Assembly: GCA_002772695.1 (NCBI GenBank)
Contig: PFDI01000001.1
Location: 33,253-97,252, forward strand
DNA from: Candidatus Pacebacteria bacterium CG10_big_fil_rev_8_21_14_0_10_44_54
GTDB taxonomy: Bacteria; Patescibacteriota; Microgenomatia; UBA1400; PJMF01
DNA: 64,000 nt
Reading direction: 5' to 3'
The stretch's first letter is position 1. Each line of letters starts with the position of its first letter. The notes beneath the pieces were generated by a model. The model worked only from the letters and a program-made list of their open reading frames with translations. It ran no database searches and was not told the origin of the DNA. The position numbers and the translations under genes were made by a program. This document shows positions 1 to 8,962 of this stretch, in pieces.

Positions 1-594
1 TGCAGCAATGGCTCAATGCCGACTAGTTGTACTGAACAAACTCCAACGCCACAACCAACTCCCGTCATCAATTGTGGGCAATTAGTTGGAACAAGTATTA
101 CAGAAATGTGCAAAATTGGCGATGAGCTACTTGGCCCTAGAAATTATTATGCTTGTCCTACAAACAGAGAATGTTGTAGACAAAGCACTCAATGCACTCC
201 TCTCAACGAAGATCCTGCTACATCTCCAAACCCAAACGAAAATAACAATCCTGCAGACGATGTTGTTGACCCCCCATTCCAAGGTCCAACTGTTGCCACA
301 TTCAATGCCCTCAACCCGCTTATTATAGGAAACAGCGAGTATGCTGTTCATCTGTCGACCCCAGGTGGGATTGTGTCTCGCTTCCTCATTTTTGCATTCC
401 CAATCGCCGGCCTCATTCTCTTTGGCATGCTCGTCTGGGCTGGATTTGAGATTTTGGCCGGAGCAAGCAACCAAAAGTCCCTTGATGCGGGCAAGCAGCG
501 CGCGACTGCAGCTATCGTCGGTTTCCTCTTGCTCTTTGCTTCATACTGGCTTATGCAGATTGTGGAAGTAATTTTTGGAATTTCGATTCTATAA
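1..594 (+). CDS. T4SS-pilin-like small membrane protein, paralog P0. The frame is open from base 1, so the gene is probably 5'-truncated by the window edge.
   Basis: C-terminal two-helix core (FLIFAFPIAGLILFGMLVWAGFEILAGASNQKSLDAGKQRATAAIVGFLLLFASYWLMQIV) is paralogous to the 5.3-9.4 kb array. N-terminal part is Cys/Pro-rich. Frame is open back to position 1. Confidence 0.5.
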   Translation, partial: CSNGSMPTSCTEQTPTPQPTPVINCGQLVGTSITEMCKIGDELLGPRNYYACPTNRECCRQSTQCTPLNEDPATSPNPNENNNPADDVVDPPFQGPTVATFNALNPLIIGNSEYAVHLSTPGGIVSRFLIFAFPIAGLILFGMLVWAGFEILAGASNQKSLDAGKQRATAAIVGFLLLFASYWLMQIVEVIFGISIL

Positions 595-663
595 ACTTAA
601 CGGAGTTCATGAAGCTTTTATGTATTTCAATAAAATATACAATAGTGTATAGTTTAATGAAAC

Positions 664-1206
664 ATGAATAAATATCAAACCCTATTGTCTCAGCCACATA
701 AACTATTTCATGCCTCTGATTTGGCATTGCTATGGGAAATTGATAATAAGGACACACTCAATATGACCCTAAAAAGGTATGTTGATCGTGGAATCTTAAG
801 AAGGATTCATAAAGGTTTCTATACCACCACAGATTTAGACCACTTAGACCTTATTGATTTAGGTTTTTCATACCTACATGTGTACGGCTACCTCTCTCTA
901 GAGAGCATACTAGTGAGGGAGGGTGTTATTTTCCAGGAAACACCCTATATTACTTTTGTGAGTTCCAAAAGCACCACCTTTTCTATTGGTGAAAGAGTGT
1001 ATAAGTCAAGACAGCTAAAAGATGTATGTCTACTAAACACCCTTGGCATAGAAAAAGTTGCTGGTCACTACGAGGCTAATCTAAACAGGGCAGTTGCCGA
1101 CATGCTCTACTACAATCCACAGTACCATTTTGATGCAACAAGCGCCATTAACTTTGACGCAGTCGCAACATTTCAAAAAGAAATAGGCTATGTTAAAAGC
1201 GAATAA
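664..1206 (+). CDS. AbiEi-like antitoxin / transcriptional regulator (type IV TA, abortive-infection family)
   Basis: About 180 aa, placed immediately upstream of and overlapping a DUF1814/AbiEii-like nucleotidyltransferase. The pairing and size are typical of AbiEi. No strong motif of its own. Confidence 0.45.
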   Translation: MNKYQTLLSQPHKLFHASDLALLWEIDNKDTLNMTLKRYVDRGILRRIHKGFYTTTDLDHLDLIDLGFSYLHVYGYLSLESILVREGVIFQETPYITFVSSKSTTFSIGERVYKSRQLKDVCLLNTLGIEKVAGHYEANLNRAVADMLYYNPQYHFDATSAINFDAVATFQKEIGYVKSE

Positions 1207-1927
1207 GCAACAAGCATTGCACAAATCAATCATTTTTAGAGTTTTGACTGCGATCTTGGATGATGCTTTCTTGTCTAGAGCTCTGTTTTTCAAAGGTGGA
1301 ACTTGTGCCAGTATGATCGGAATCCTAGATCGCTTTAGCGTCGACCTAGACTTTGATCTGAAAGAAAAAAGTCTGTCCACAAGAGCTGTCTTGTCTCTGG
1401 AGAGCATCTTCAAGAAACTTGATCTTACGATCAAAGATCAGAGTCACAACACGCTGCAGTATTTCTTGAAGTATGAAGCTGCAAAACAATCTCGAAATAC
1501 CTTAAAAATTGATGCAGTAAGCACACCGTTTTCGAACAATACATATCAAACAGTGCTGTTAAACGACATTAATCGCTATGCTATTTGTCAAACAAAAGGA
1601 ACTATATTTGCCAACAAGCTTGTTGCCTTAATAGACCGGCACAAACAAAACCAAACAATTGCCGCTCGAGATTTATATGACATTCATTATTATCTTGTGA
1701 ATGAGCTTGAATATAATCATCTGCTAATTACGGAACGAACAAATAAGGATCCAAAAACATACCTGATGGATGTAATCTCCTTCATTGAAAACAAAATCAC
1801 ACAAAAGATTATAGATCAGGATTTGAACTATCTATTGGAGTACAAGAAATTTACTGTTATTCGAAAAACGCTTAGACAAGAAACGATTGCTCTGCTTAGA
1901 GATAGGGTCGCCATGTTAGAGGGGTAA
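1190..1927 (+). CDS. AbiEii/AbiGii-family nucleotidyltransferase toxin (DUF1814)
   Basis: Motif FFKGGTCASMIGILDRFSVDLDFD matches the hallmark of the family (KGGTAL...RfSeDlDf). It overlaps the upstream partner by 17 nt. Confidence 0.6.
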   Translation: MLKANKQQALHKSIIFRVLTAILDDAFLSRALFFKGGTCASMIGILDRFSVDLDFDLKEKSLSTRAVLSLESIFKKLDLTIKDQSHNTLQYFLKYEAAKQSRNTLKIDAVSTPFSNNTYQTVLLNDINRYAICQTKGTIFANKLVALIDRHKQNQTIAARDLYDIHYYLVNELEYNHLLITERTNKDPKTYLMDVISFIENKITQKIIDQDLNYLLEYKKFTVIRKTLRQETIALLRDRVAMLEG

Positions 1928-2026
1928 ACAAAATAATTTTCCATTACTTTTGGAAGTTCTGTCCTGTAAATAACTGCTAACTGCGCCATAAATACTATAG
2001 GCACACCCAGCCTTATTCAGATGACC

Positions 2027-2740
2027 TCACCCCGCCCCAAACCTACGCTTCCGTTTGGCAAAATCAGCCAATACCTCGTCTAGTTTGTCTGGAGTAAATT
2101 CTGGAAAATCAAATTTTGGAAAACAAAATTCTGCATAGTTACTCTGCCAAGACATAAAGCCCGACAGCCGCTGCTCACCGCTGGTGCGAACAATAAAATC
2201 TGGTTCTGGCATGTCGGCAGTATCTAGGTGGCTAGCTATCACTTGCTCGGTGATTTCCTCTGGCTTGAGCTTTCCTACTAGTACTTTTTTACCAATTTTT
2301 TGTATTGCCCGCTGGAGCTCATCGTGCCCACCGTAGTTCATGGCAAACGTCAAGGTCAAGCCAGTATTTTTTTTGGTTAGCGCCACCCCATCAGCGATGC
2401 GCTTTTGAATATCTTTTGGCAAACCAGCTACATTACCAATGTGCTTGATGCGATAGTTTTTCTCGTGGAGCCTGGGTACTTTTTCGTCAAACACCTTGCG
2501 AAACAAGTTCATGAGGGCAGTCACCTCACGTCTTTCTCGATCCCAATTTTCGGTACTAAAGACCCAGAAGGTAATGTAGTCTATCCCAAGCGTAGCCGCG
2601 TGATCCGCCAAGGGCTCAAAGATCTCGTCAATTGCAAACTGGTGCCCACGCAGAACGTCCCAACCGTGCGACTTGGCCCACCGCCGGTTGCCGTCACAAA
2701 TGATTGCGAGGTGGGTGGGGAGGATTTTACTGTTACTCAT
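2027..2740 (-). CDS. uppS: Undecaprenyl diphosphate synthase (cis-prenyltransferase)
   Basis: HLAIICDGNRRWAK substrate-binding motif near the N-terminus and RTSGEQRLSGFMSWQSNYAEF near the C-terminus. Length 237 aa. Confidence 0.85.
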   Translation of the reverse strand: MSNSKILPTHLAIICDGNRRWAKSHGWDVLRGHQFAIDEIFEPLADHAATLGIDYITFWVFSTENWDRERREVTALMNLFRKVFDEKVPRLHEKNYRIKHIGNVAGLPKDIQKRIADGVALTKKNTGLTLTFAMNYGGHDELQRAIQKIGKKVLVGKLKPEEITEQVIASHLDTADMPEPDFIVRTSGEQRLSGFMSWQSNYAEFCFPKFDFPEFTPDKLDEVLADFAKRKRRFGAG

Positions 2741-3534
2741 GCTTCTATTCTTGTACCAAGCACTGCTTTGCCCGCCACGGCTTTTGAAAGACTGCCGTGT
2801 TCAATACCATCAATAATAAGACCAGGGATACCTCGCTGCGCCAGCCCCAGTGTCTCTCGCACTTTGTGCAACATCCCACCGGTGACATCAATTCCTCCTG
2901 ATCCCTGCAACACTTTTGCGTATGTGGCAACATTGTTCGAATTTATAAGTGGAATTGTCTCACCATTTTCATCATACACGCCATTAGTTTGGCCGCAATG
3001 AATTACTCGTTTAATCTGATATTTTTTCTGTTTTAAAGCAACCGCAATATAAGTCAAAACTGTTTCTGTCGAGAAGATAGTGCAACCTTTTTCTTCATCT
3101 AGTATTTGGTCACCATATACAACTGGTAGTAACCCAAGAGAGAGCAGCTGTTCGATGCTCTCAGTAAAAATCTTGTTGAGAACAAAGTTTTTCGCTGTCA
3201 TCATACTCAGAGGACTGACGGAAACCGCCAGCACTCCCGCTGCAATCAATTCTTGCAATACTATATCGTTTAGCTGCCGTGCGGCGTTTGCCACTTCTAC
3301 AAATCCTTGTCTCGCTTCTGGGTGAACCAGGCCCTTGTGGGTCTGGTATTTTTTTGCCGGGACGTGACCAAAGGAGCCAGCACCATGTCCAATGATCAGC
3401 TGAGTTCCCGACTGGGTAGCTTTTTTTACTTCCGCCGCAATTGTTCTCAGTGCAACTTCTTTAACCGTGAATGGTTTTGTCTTATCAGTGATGAGAGAGC
3501 CACCAAGCTTGATAAAGGTTAGTGATTTTTTCAT
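2737..3534 (-). CDS. ipk: Isopentenyl phosphate kinase (amino-acid kinase superfamily)
   Basis: N-terminal FIKLGGSLITDK and GHGAGSFGH motifs typical of isopentenyl phosphate kinase. Has a 4-nt overlap with uppS downstream and with the ORF upstream, so translational coupling is likely. Confidence 0.65.
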   Translation of the reverse strand: MKKSLTFIKLGGSLITDKTKPFTVKEVALRTIAAEVKKATQSGTQLIIGHGAGSFGHVPAKKYQTHKGLVHPEARQGFVEVANAARQLNDIVLQELIAAGVLAVSVSPLSMMTAKNFVLNKIFTESIEQLLSLGLLPVVYGDQILDEEKGCTIFSTETVLTYIAVALKQKKYQIKRVIHCGQTNGVYDENGETIPLINSNNVATYAKVLQGSGGIDVTGGMLHKVRETLGLAQRGIPGLIIDGIEHGSLSKAVAGKAVLGTRIEA

Positions 3535-4154
3535 CGCAACTCACCATTCTGGACCAGGGCATTTAGGATATAAACTAACGATGGTCTTAATTTGCTTTCA
3601 TCATTCTTGACAAAATTGCGTACTTCTCCATCTGGAACTACTATCTTTTTCTGTCCTAGTTCTTTGATCTGATCCGCAGTCAATCGAATAATACCTATTT
3701 GCACCCTATAAAGAGATGGCTCCCCGCCATTTTTTTGCAGTACCGGAACATTCATGGGTAAAAGCTGAATTTGCGAGCCCTCGATGCTGAGCGATCTTTC
3801 CTCCAACAACTTGCGAACCAAAGCTTTGCCATACGAACCATTATCAGCTTCGTCCATGCCTCCGGAGACAGCTTCAAATTTATTGCCAATTGCCAGCATT
3901 TCAGATTTATCACCCAACACCCTTTCTACTTTGCCAGCGTTCTCTTTGGCAGACGGCACTATAATTAACTCTCTTTGCGGACCAATAAACACTGCTAACA
4001 CACCTTCTCTCTCTGGAATTCTTAAACTTTCTACTGTATTCATATGTCGTATATATCTAAGCACTCCATTCGGCGCAGCATCTCCCATAGCCCGCAGTCC
4101 CAGATTCCACCCTCTCACCCTATGTAGGCTAGCAGAGCTTTCGTGGGACAGCAT
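3531..4154 (-). CDS. Hypothetical protein co-operonic with ipk and uppS; possibly a Nudix-fold protein. True start is likely an internal Met near 4043.
   Basis: No cysteine. Contains a degenerate Nudix-box-like segment SGGMDEADNGSYGKALVRKLLEERSL (compare Gx5Ex7REUxEExGU). Overlaps the ipk start by 4 nt. Confidence 0.3.
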   Translation of the reverse strand: MLSHESSASLHRVRGWNLGLRAMGDAAPNGVLRYIRHMNTVESLRIPEREGVLAVFIGPQRELIIVPSAKENAGKVERVLGDKSEMLAIGNKFEAVSGGMDEADNGSYGKALVRKLLEERSLSIEGSQIQLLPMNVPVLQKNGGEPSLYRVQIGIIRLTADQIKELGQKKIVVPDGEVRNFVKNDESKLRPSLVYILNALVQNGELR

Positions 4155-4198
4155 ATCTCATTAGTCGCAAAAGTGGGTGAAAATCACGCAAGTACTCG

Positions 4199-4567
4199 TT
4201 ACTCTCGAAAAGCAATCGCAAAGCGCAGCGTCAAGTACAGCAGTAATATTTGCCAATACACACAAAACAGCACTAGCCAATTGGCGATAAATGAAATCAA
4301 GTCACAACCAAAAAATCCAGAAGTGCTGCAAGAGAAAATATAACGAACTATAGGAACAAGTACAAAAAACCAAACAGCTTTTGCCAATACGAACACCGCT
4401 GTTGGCAACAATGCAAGCCACAAAAAAACATGCTCCCGCACCAGCGACTGCATGGTTTGATAAGGATGCAAAAGCAAGCCAACGGTAATTTTGCTACAGG
4501 CATATACAAACGAAATGGTGAAATGAAGTGCTTTCATGAACCCTCTCGCAACCAGAGCTTCAAACAC
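4199..4567 (-). CDS. Small polytopic membrane protein (candidate anti-sigma factor or membrane partner downstream of the ECF sigma gene)
   Basis: 122 aa, mostly hydrophobic helices. Sits between the ECF sigma gene and the ipk/uppS operon on the same strand. Confidence 0.3.
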   Translation of the reverse strand: MFEALVARGFMKALHFTISFVYACSKITVGLLLHPYQTMQSLVREHVFLWLALLPTAVFVLAKAVWFFVLVPIVRYIFSCSTSGFFGCDLISFIANWLVLFCVYWQILLLYLTLRFAIAFRE

Positions 4568-4736
4568 TCAAGTGCCAAGGCAGTTACTCCAGAGCCAAAT
4601 AACAAAACCTGCCAAGTGTATCTCCCAATAAATGACGAGACGGCATCAAGCTGCGACGGCAAAAGTTTTTTTGCCTCAAGCTTTGCTTGTAGCGACGCCT
4701 CTTTTTCGAGTATTTGGAGAAAATCGACGGTATTTT

Positions 4737-5333
4737 TCACATCATACTTTCAACCAAAACTTGCGAATACACGATACGAAATTCTTCACGAGCGCGAAAC
4801 AACTCCGACTCAATCGCCTTAACAGTCTTGCCGAACACACCGGCTATCTCTGTCACGCGCTTTTTGTCGATGTACTTAAGACGCAACAACTCTGCCGAGT
4901 GCGCCTGCATTCGAGCAAGGCAAGTAGTAACTAGCTGGGAAATCTCGGAAGTATCGTCGAGTGGCTTAGTCAAGAGTGCGTCGAGCAGTGGTACAGTATG
5001 CAGAGCTTTTTTTGCGTAGCGTTTGCGGTAGTAATCGGCTATCTCATGGCGAGCAATCGCGATCATCCATGTCCAAAGTGAAGCATCACCGCGAAACAGC
5101 GGCAGCTGCCGCAATGCATTGAGAAATGTTTCTTGAACTAGTTCCTCGCCGTCCTGCGGATCGCCCACTTTGTTTCTGACGTATCGCAACATCCTGTCGT
5201 GATACAGCGTAAACCACTGCCGCACGGCACTCGACTGACCACGCTTCAGCCTCACTATCAGCTGCTTTTCACTAGACATGAGTATATCGTATACTACTTG
5301 TATATGTTTGGCTTCCTTGTACCTGTTGCCCAT
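4737..5333 (-). CDS. ECF-type RNA polymerase sigma-70 family factor; true start is probably near 5279
   Basis: Region 2 (LVQETFLNALRQLPLFRGDASLWTWMIAIARHEIADYYR) and region 4 HTH (RVTEIAGVFGKTVKAIESELFRAREEF). Confidence 0.7.
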   Translation of the reverse strand: MGNRYKEAKHIQVVYDILMSSEKQLIVRLKRGQSSAVRQWFTLYHDRMLRYVRNKVGDPQDGEELVQETFLNALRQLPLFRGDASLWTWMIAIARHEIADYYRKRYAKKALHTVPLLDALLTKPLDDTSEISQLVTTCLARMQAHSAELLRLKYIDKKRVTEIAGVFGKTVKAIESELFRAREEFRIVYSQVLVESMM

Positions 5334-5666
5334 GCTATTACCGACTGCAAACCCGGCGAAGGTACTGAAGGTATTGATCTTGGCAATTGTCTCCGCCTTA
5401 GCAACGATAGCGCAATCAAAGACGTCTACTCCGAACCGGCTTTCTTGGTCAACCTCATCGTTCGCAATGCATTCGTCGCCGCCGGTGTTATTTTGTTTTT
5501 AATGATTTTCTTGGCAGGATTTAAGTTTGTTTCGCAGGGCAAAAAAGGCATGGAAGAAGCCAAAAACATCTCCAAGTCTGTTCTCATCGGCGCAATCTTG
5601 ATGTTTTGTGCCTACTGGATTGTACAAATTGTCCAGCTTTTGACTGGTGTTGATGTAGGGCTGTAA
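5304..5666 (+). CDS. T4SS-pilin-like protein, paralog P1 (TrbC/VirB2-like two-helix topology). The ORF-track start at 5199 overlaps the sigma gene, so ATG 5304 is more likely.
   Basis: Short signal-like N-terminus MFGFLVPVAHA. Core reads ...LFLMIFLAGFKFVSQGKKGMEEAKN...IGAILMFCAYWIVQIVQLL, with a charged loop between two hydrophobic helices. Confidence 0.5.
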   Translation: MFGFLVPVAHAITDCKPGEGTEGIDLGNCLRLSNDSAIKDVYSEPAFLVNLIVRNAFVAAGVILFLMIFLAGFKFVSQGKKGMEEAKNISKSVLIGAILMFCAYWIVQIVQLLTGVDVGL

Positions 5667-5667
5667 T

Positions 5668-6036
5668 ATGTCACAACTCGCAGCAAACAACCTTGGTATC
5701 GGCAAAATTGCTCAACCTCCTGGTGTAGACAAATACCAAGCTGCTGCTGGCAGCGAAATTGGTATCATGCTGTTTATCTCCATGCTCGTCAAGTTTGCCA
5801 TGATCGTGGCTGGTATTTGGGCAATGCTCAATATCTTTTTGGCCGCCTACATCTATATTAATGGCAAAGGTGATCCAGGCAATCACGAAAAAGTGGCCAA
5901 AGTTGTGACAAATACTACCATGGGCTTGGTGCTTCTTATTAGCCTCTATACAATCGTAGCCATTATTGGGCTTGTGTTCTTTGGGGATGCAAATTATATT
6001 TTGCGCCCAACACTAGCGCCGGTACCAGGTTTATGA
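5668..6036 (+). CDS. T4SS-pilin-like protein, paralog P2
   Basis: 122 aa with two hydrophobic helices (FISMLVKFAMIVAGIWAMLNIFLAAYIYINGKGDPGNHEKVAKVV...LVLLISLYTIVAIIGLVFFG). Tightly packed after P1. Confidence 0.5.
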   Translation: MSQLAANNLGIGKIAQPPGVDKYQAAAGSEIGIMLFISMLVKFAMIVAGIWAMLNIFLAAYIYINGKGDPGNHEKVAKVVTNTTMGLVLLISLYTIVAIIGLVFFGDANYILRPTLAPVPGL

Positions 6037-6599
6037 TCAAAATCATAACATTTCTTACTGCGTTCAGTTTATTTCACATATTTTCTGTTTCTGTAGTGCA
6101 GGCAGGTAGTTGCACAAGTGTTGGTGAGTGTGTGGATGGTCGTATCTGCGTCAAAGACACGCAATCAAACTTAATTTATAAAGGAAGTGAGTCATGTGGA
6201 GATGGCTCTGGACAAAGAATAATTGGCGAAATCACTCCCCCAAAATCAATTCGCAATTTAAATAATCTAGCAAGAATTAGAGATGGAGAATCTGTTGGCA
6301 TTGGCCTGATCATTTTCCTCTCGCGCGCACTGCGGCTGTTTACTATTGGGGTGGGATTATTTGTTATTGCCAACGTCGTCATGGCCGCCTACACCTACAT
6401 ATCAGAGTCAGATAGCAGTGACGTCATGACCAAAGTAAAAGAAAAGTTTACCTATACCGCTGTTGGGCTTGCTATAATTGTTGGCGCGTACACGCTTGCT
6501 GCGATCATTGGCTTACTCTTTTTTGGCGACGCAACATTTATCCTCTCACCAGAATTAACATCTGCGCTCGACCTCGCCGAAACTGCAGCCACACCATAA
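6033..6599 (+). CDS. T4SS-pilin-like protein, paralog P3, with a Cys-rich N-terminal extension
   Basis: Signal peptide plus a Cys-rich segment (AGSCTSVGECVDGRICV...SESCGDGSGQR), then the two-helix pilin core. Has a 4-nt overlap with P2. Confidence 0.5.
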   Translation: MIKIITFLTAFSLFHIFSVSVVQAGSCTSVGECVDGRICVKDTQSNLIYKGSESCGDGSGQRIIGEITPPKSIRNLNNLARIRDGESVGIGLIIFLSRALRLFTIGVGLFVIANVVMAAYTYISESDSSDVMTKVKEKFTYTAVGLAIIVGAYTLAAIIGLLFFGDATFILSPELTSALDLAETAATP

Positions 6600-6602
6600 A
6601 AC

Positions 6603-7007
6603 ATGTATAATAATGTCGTCATGAATACCCCACTCACCAGACTCGCGCAATTTGGCTCATTTGAACCACCAGTGGAGAATAAATTTACAACTGGTGCCAA
6701 CTCTGGCACTGGCGCCTTTACCAATCTAGAGCTGCTCATCTCTCATGCCTTTGGTGTCTTGACTGTTTTTGGTGGCTTATTTTTTATCGTCACCTTTCTG
6801 ATCGCTGGCATTAACTGGATTACCGCTGGCGGAGATACTGGCAAGATTGAGAAAGCACGCGGCAGCATGGTCCAGGGGACACTCGGTCTGGTAGTTATCG
6901 TCGCAGCCTATGCCGTGATTGGTGTTATCGGCTCTATCGTTGGCCTCAATTTGCTCAATCCTGCCGAGAGCCTGACTTCTTTGGTTACAAGAATACAAAC
7001 GCCATGA
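6603..7007 (+). CDS. T4SS-pilin-like protein, paralog P4
   Basis: Conserved loop motif INWITAGGDTGKIEKARGSMVQG lies between the two helices. Confidence 0.55.
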   Translation: MYNNVVMNTPLTRLAQFGSFEPPVENKFTTGANSGTGAFTNLELLISHAFGVLTVFGGLFFIVTFLIAGINWITAGGDTGKIEKARGSMVQGTLGLVVIVAAYAVIGVIGSIVGLNLLNPAESLTSLVTRIQTP

Positions 7008-7399
7008 AAAAAATACTAACTGCACTCGCATTTCTTGCGCTATCTACCTCAACCGTTTTGGCTGAGGTAACAAATCCAGCAGTGGGAACACTTGGTGCTG
7101 ATGCTGATGCAGCCGCAAGTGGCGCAACGTTTGCTCGCTACTTCATAATTCTCTGGCGCGCCCTCATTAGTGTTGGTGGTCTTGCGGTCGTTGTGCTCTT
7201 TTTGCAAGGTGGCATCGAGTGGGTTACCTCTGGTGGTGATTCTGGCAAGCTCGAAAAGGCACGCAATCGAATGGTACAGGGTGCGATTGGCTTGTTTGTG
7301 TTGGTAAGCTCCTTCACTCTGATAGCGTATATAAGCAAGTTGTTTTTTGGTCAAGAATTCCAAATTCTACAACTTACTTTTCCATCAGCGATTAAGTAA
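7004..7399 (+). CDS. T4SS-pilin-like protein, paralog P5
   Basis: Signal peptide. Loop motif IEWVTSGGDSGKLEKARNRMVQG. Confidence 0.55.
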   Translation: MKKILTALAFLALSTSTVLAEVTNPAVGTLGADADAAASGATFARYFIILWRALISVGGLAVVVLFLQGGIEWVTSGGDSGKLEKARNRMVQGAIGLFVLVSSFTLIAYISKLFFGQEFQILQLTFPSAIK

Positions 7400-7401
7400 C
7401 C

Positions 7402-7749
7402 ATGCCACCAACAGACGAAACCACCATCGACCTCTTCGAACAAGCAAAAACCCAAGAGCTTCCTGGCAGGAATGGTATTACTGATATCTCGAGTCCACAA
7501 GTTGGCTTGGGCAACCTCACTTCCAACCTTCTAAACATCGCCATGACTATTGCCGCCCTCCTGGTATTCATTTACTTGCTCTGGGGTGCGATTGGTTGGA
7601 TTACTGCTGGCGGCGACAAAGGCAAGATTGAAACAGCTCGCAATAAAATCACCACAGCCGTCATCGGTGTTGTAGTTTTAGCTTCGGTCGTGGCTATATT
7701 CAAAGTCTTACAGCTGGTTCTTGGTATTGAAGTCCTGACGTTTATCTAA
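7402..7749 (+). CDS. T4SS-pilin-like protein, paralog P6
   Basis: Loop motif IGWITAGGDKGKIETARNKITT flanked by hydrophobic helices. Confidence 0.55.
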   Translation: MPPTDETTIDLFEQAKTQELPGRNGITDISSPQVGLGNLTSNLLNIAMTIAALLVFIYLLWGAIGWITAGGDKGKIETARNKITTAVIGVVVLASVVAIFKVLQLVLGIEVLTFI

Positions 7750-7781
7750 TAAACTGATATTTGCATCTAGAAAATCAGAAG

Positions 7782-7790
7782 TGCTATAAT
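7782..7790 (+). promoter_or_regulatory. Extended -10 promoter element TGcTATAAT upstream of pilin P7, embedded in a small inverted repeat (TCAGAAG...CTTCTGA)
   Basis: The sequence agtgctataatc lies about 40 nt upstream of ATG 7831. An AAAGGA ribosome-binding site sits 7 nt before the start. Confidence 0.4.
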
Positions 7791-7830
7791 CTTCTGAACA
7801 AGACGTAGTACAGAGTACTAAAAGGAAAAC

Positions 7831-8304
7831 ATGACCAACTCATTTTCAAAAATTGCAAGTAAAGCAAGCGCTCTAGGCACTGCTGGGTATATTGCCTTAT
7901 CAAACACTCTTGGAAATGTTCTAGCCCAGAACACTGGCATAGGTACTAGCGCCTCTCGTCCAGCACCAGGGGTAGATAATGCTGGTGGCAACGTTCGTCT
8001 TGCCAAGGGTTATGCGGATAATGTTGGTAGTCTTATCACTTCTGTTCTGACGTTTGTTATGTTGATCGCTGCTCTTTTGATCCTTATGTATCTCATTTGG
8101 GGTGGTATCCAGTGGATTACTTCTGGTGGAGATAAAGGAAAGACTGAAGAAGCACGAAATAAGATTACTTCAGCCGTCATTGGTCTGATCATCCTAGCGG
8201 CAGCTTGGGCAGTCTTTTTAATTGTGCTCAAGTTCCTAGGATTTTCAAATTACAATGATCTGTTTAATAATATTCAAAGCATCAATACACCTTCTGCAGG
8301 CTAA
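7831..8304 (+). CDS. T4SS-pilin-like protein, paralog P7
   Basis: Loop motif IQWITSGGDKGKTEEARNKITS. C-terminal tail ...FLGFSNYNDLF is shared with P8. Confidence 0.55.
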   Translation: MTNSFSKIASKASALGTAGYIALSNTLGNVLAQNTGIGTSASRPAPGVDNAGGNVRLAKGYADNVGSLITSVLTFVMLIAALLILMYLIWGGIQWITSGGDKGKTEEARNKITSAVIGLIILAAAWAVFLIVLKFLGFSNYNDLFNNIQSINTPSAG

Positions 8305-8333
8305 TAATGCAGCTTTAGCTTTTTAACATTATG

Positions 8334-8358
8334 ACCCCCGCCGCTGGCGGGGGTTTTT
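8334..8358 (+). terminator. Rho-independent terminator after pilin P7
   Basis: GC stem cccccgcc / gcggggg with loop gctg, followed by TTTTT. Confidence 0.7.
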
Positions 8359-8375
8359 GTACATCATATTCCCAG

Positions 8376-8387
8376 ATGTAGTATAAT
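8376..8387 (+). promoter_or_regulatory. -10 element (TATAAT) upstream of pilin P8
   Basis: gtagtataat with TATAAT at 8382-8387, just upstream of ATG 8395. Confidence 0.35.
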
Positions 8388-8394
8388 ACCCAAC

Positions 8395-8871
8395 ATGATC
8401 AAATGGTATCAAAGTGTCTTTCTATGTCTGGTGGTTTTTGCCTACTTTTTGGCGCCAGCAGCAATCTCTGCTAGCGGTAGCTCGCTCGGTGTTGTTCGTG
8501 ACGGCGACTCTGTCTACCTCTCTACCACCGCTGCAACGCAATCAGCTACTGCAAGTGGTACAGCATTTGGAGACGTCACACTTTTTAAGGGCTACGCTCT
8601 TACACTTGGCGGCCTCATCACCTCGTTGCTCACTTTAATTATTCTTGTATCGGCTCTTCTTGTTTTTCTCCAACTCATCACCGCCGCCTTCCAATGGCTC
8701 ACCTCGGGCGGAGATAAGGGTAAAACAGGCGAAGCCAGAAGTAAAATTGTCGCTGCGATCATTGGCCTTGTTATTGTCGCTGCTTCTTGGGCTGTCTTTA
8801 TGGTGGTACTCAAATTCCTTGGTTTTGAGTCGTACGACGACTTGTTTGCCAATATGCGATCGATTAGTTGA
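8395..8871 (+). CDS. T4SS-pilin-like protein, paralog P8
   Basis: Loop motif FQWLTSGGDKGKTGEARSKIVA. Closest paralog of P7. Confidence 0.55.
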   Translation: MIKWYQSVFLCLVVFAYFLAPAAISASGSSLGVVRDGDSVYLSTTAATQSATASGTAFGDVTLFKGYALTLGGLITSLLTLIILVSALLVFLQLITAAFQWLTSGGDKGKTGEARSKIVAAIIGLVIVAASWAVFMVVLKFLGFESYDDLFANMRSIS

Positions 8872-8945
8872 TGTAAACCTTACTTTTTTTACTATAAAGC
8901 AAGAATACAAACACTCTAAAGCTAGTTTTATTGATCATTTCTGCC

Positions 8946-8954
8946 TGCTATACT
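8946..8954 (+). promoter_or_regulatory. Extended -10 promoter element TGcTATACT upstream of pilin P9
   Basis: ctgctatact ends 8 nt upstream of ATG 8963. Confidence 0.35.
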
Positions 8955-8962
8955 ACTAAGTG

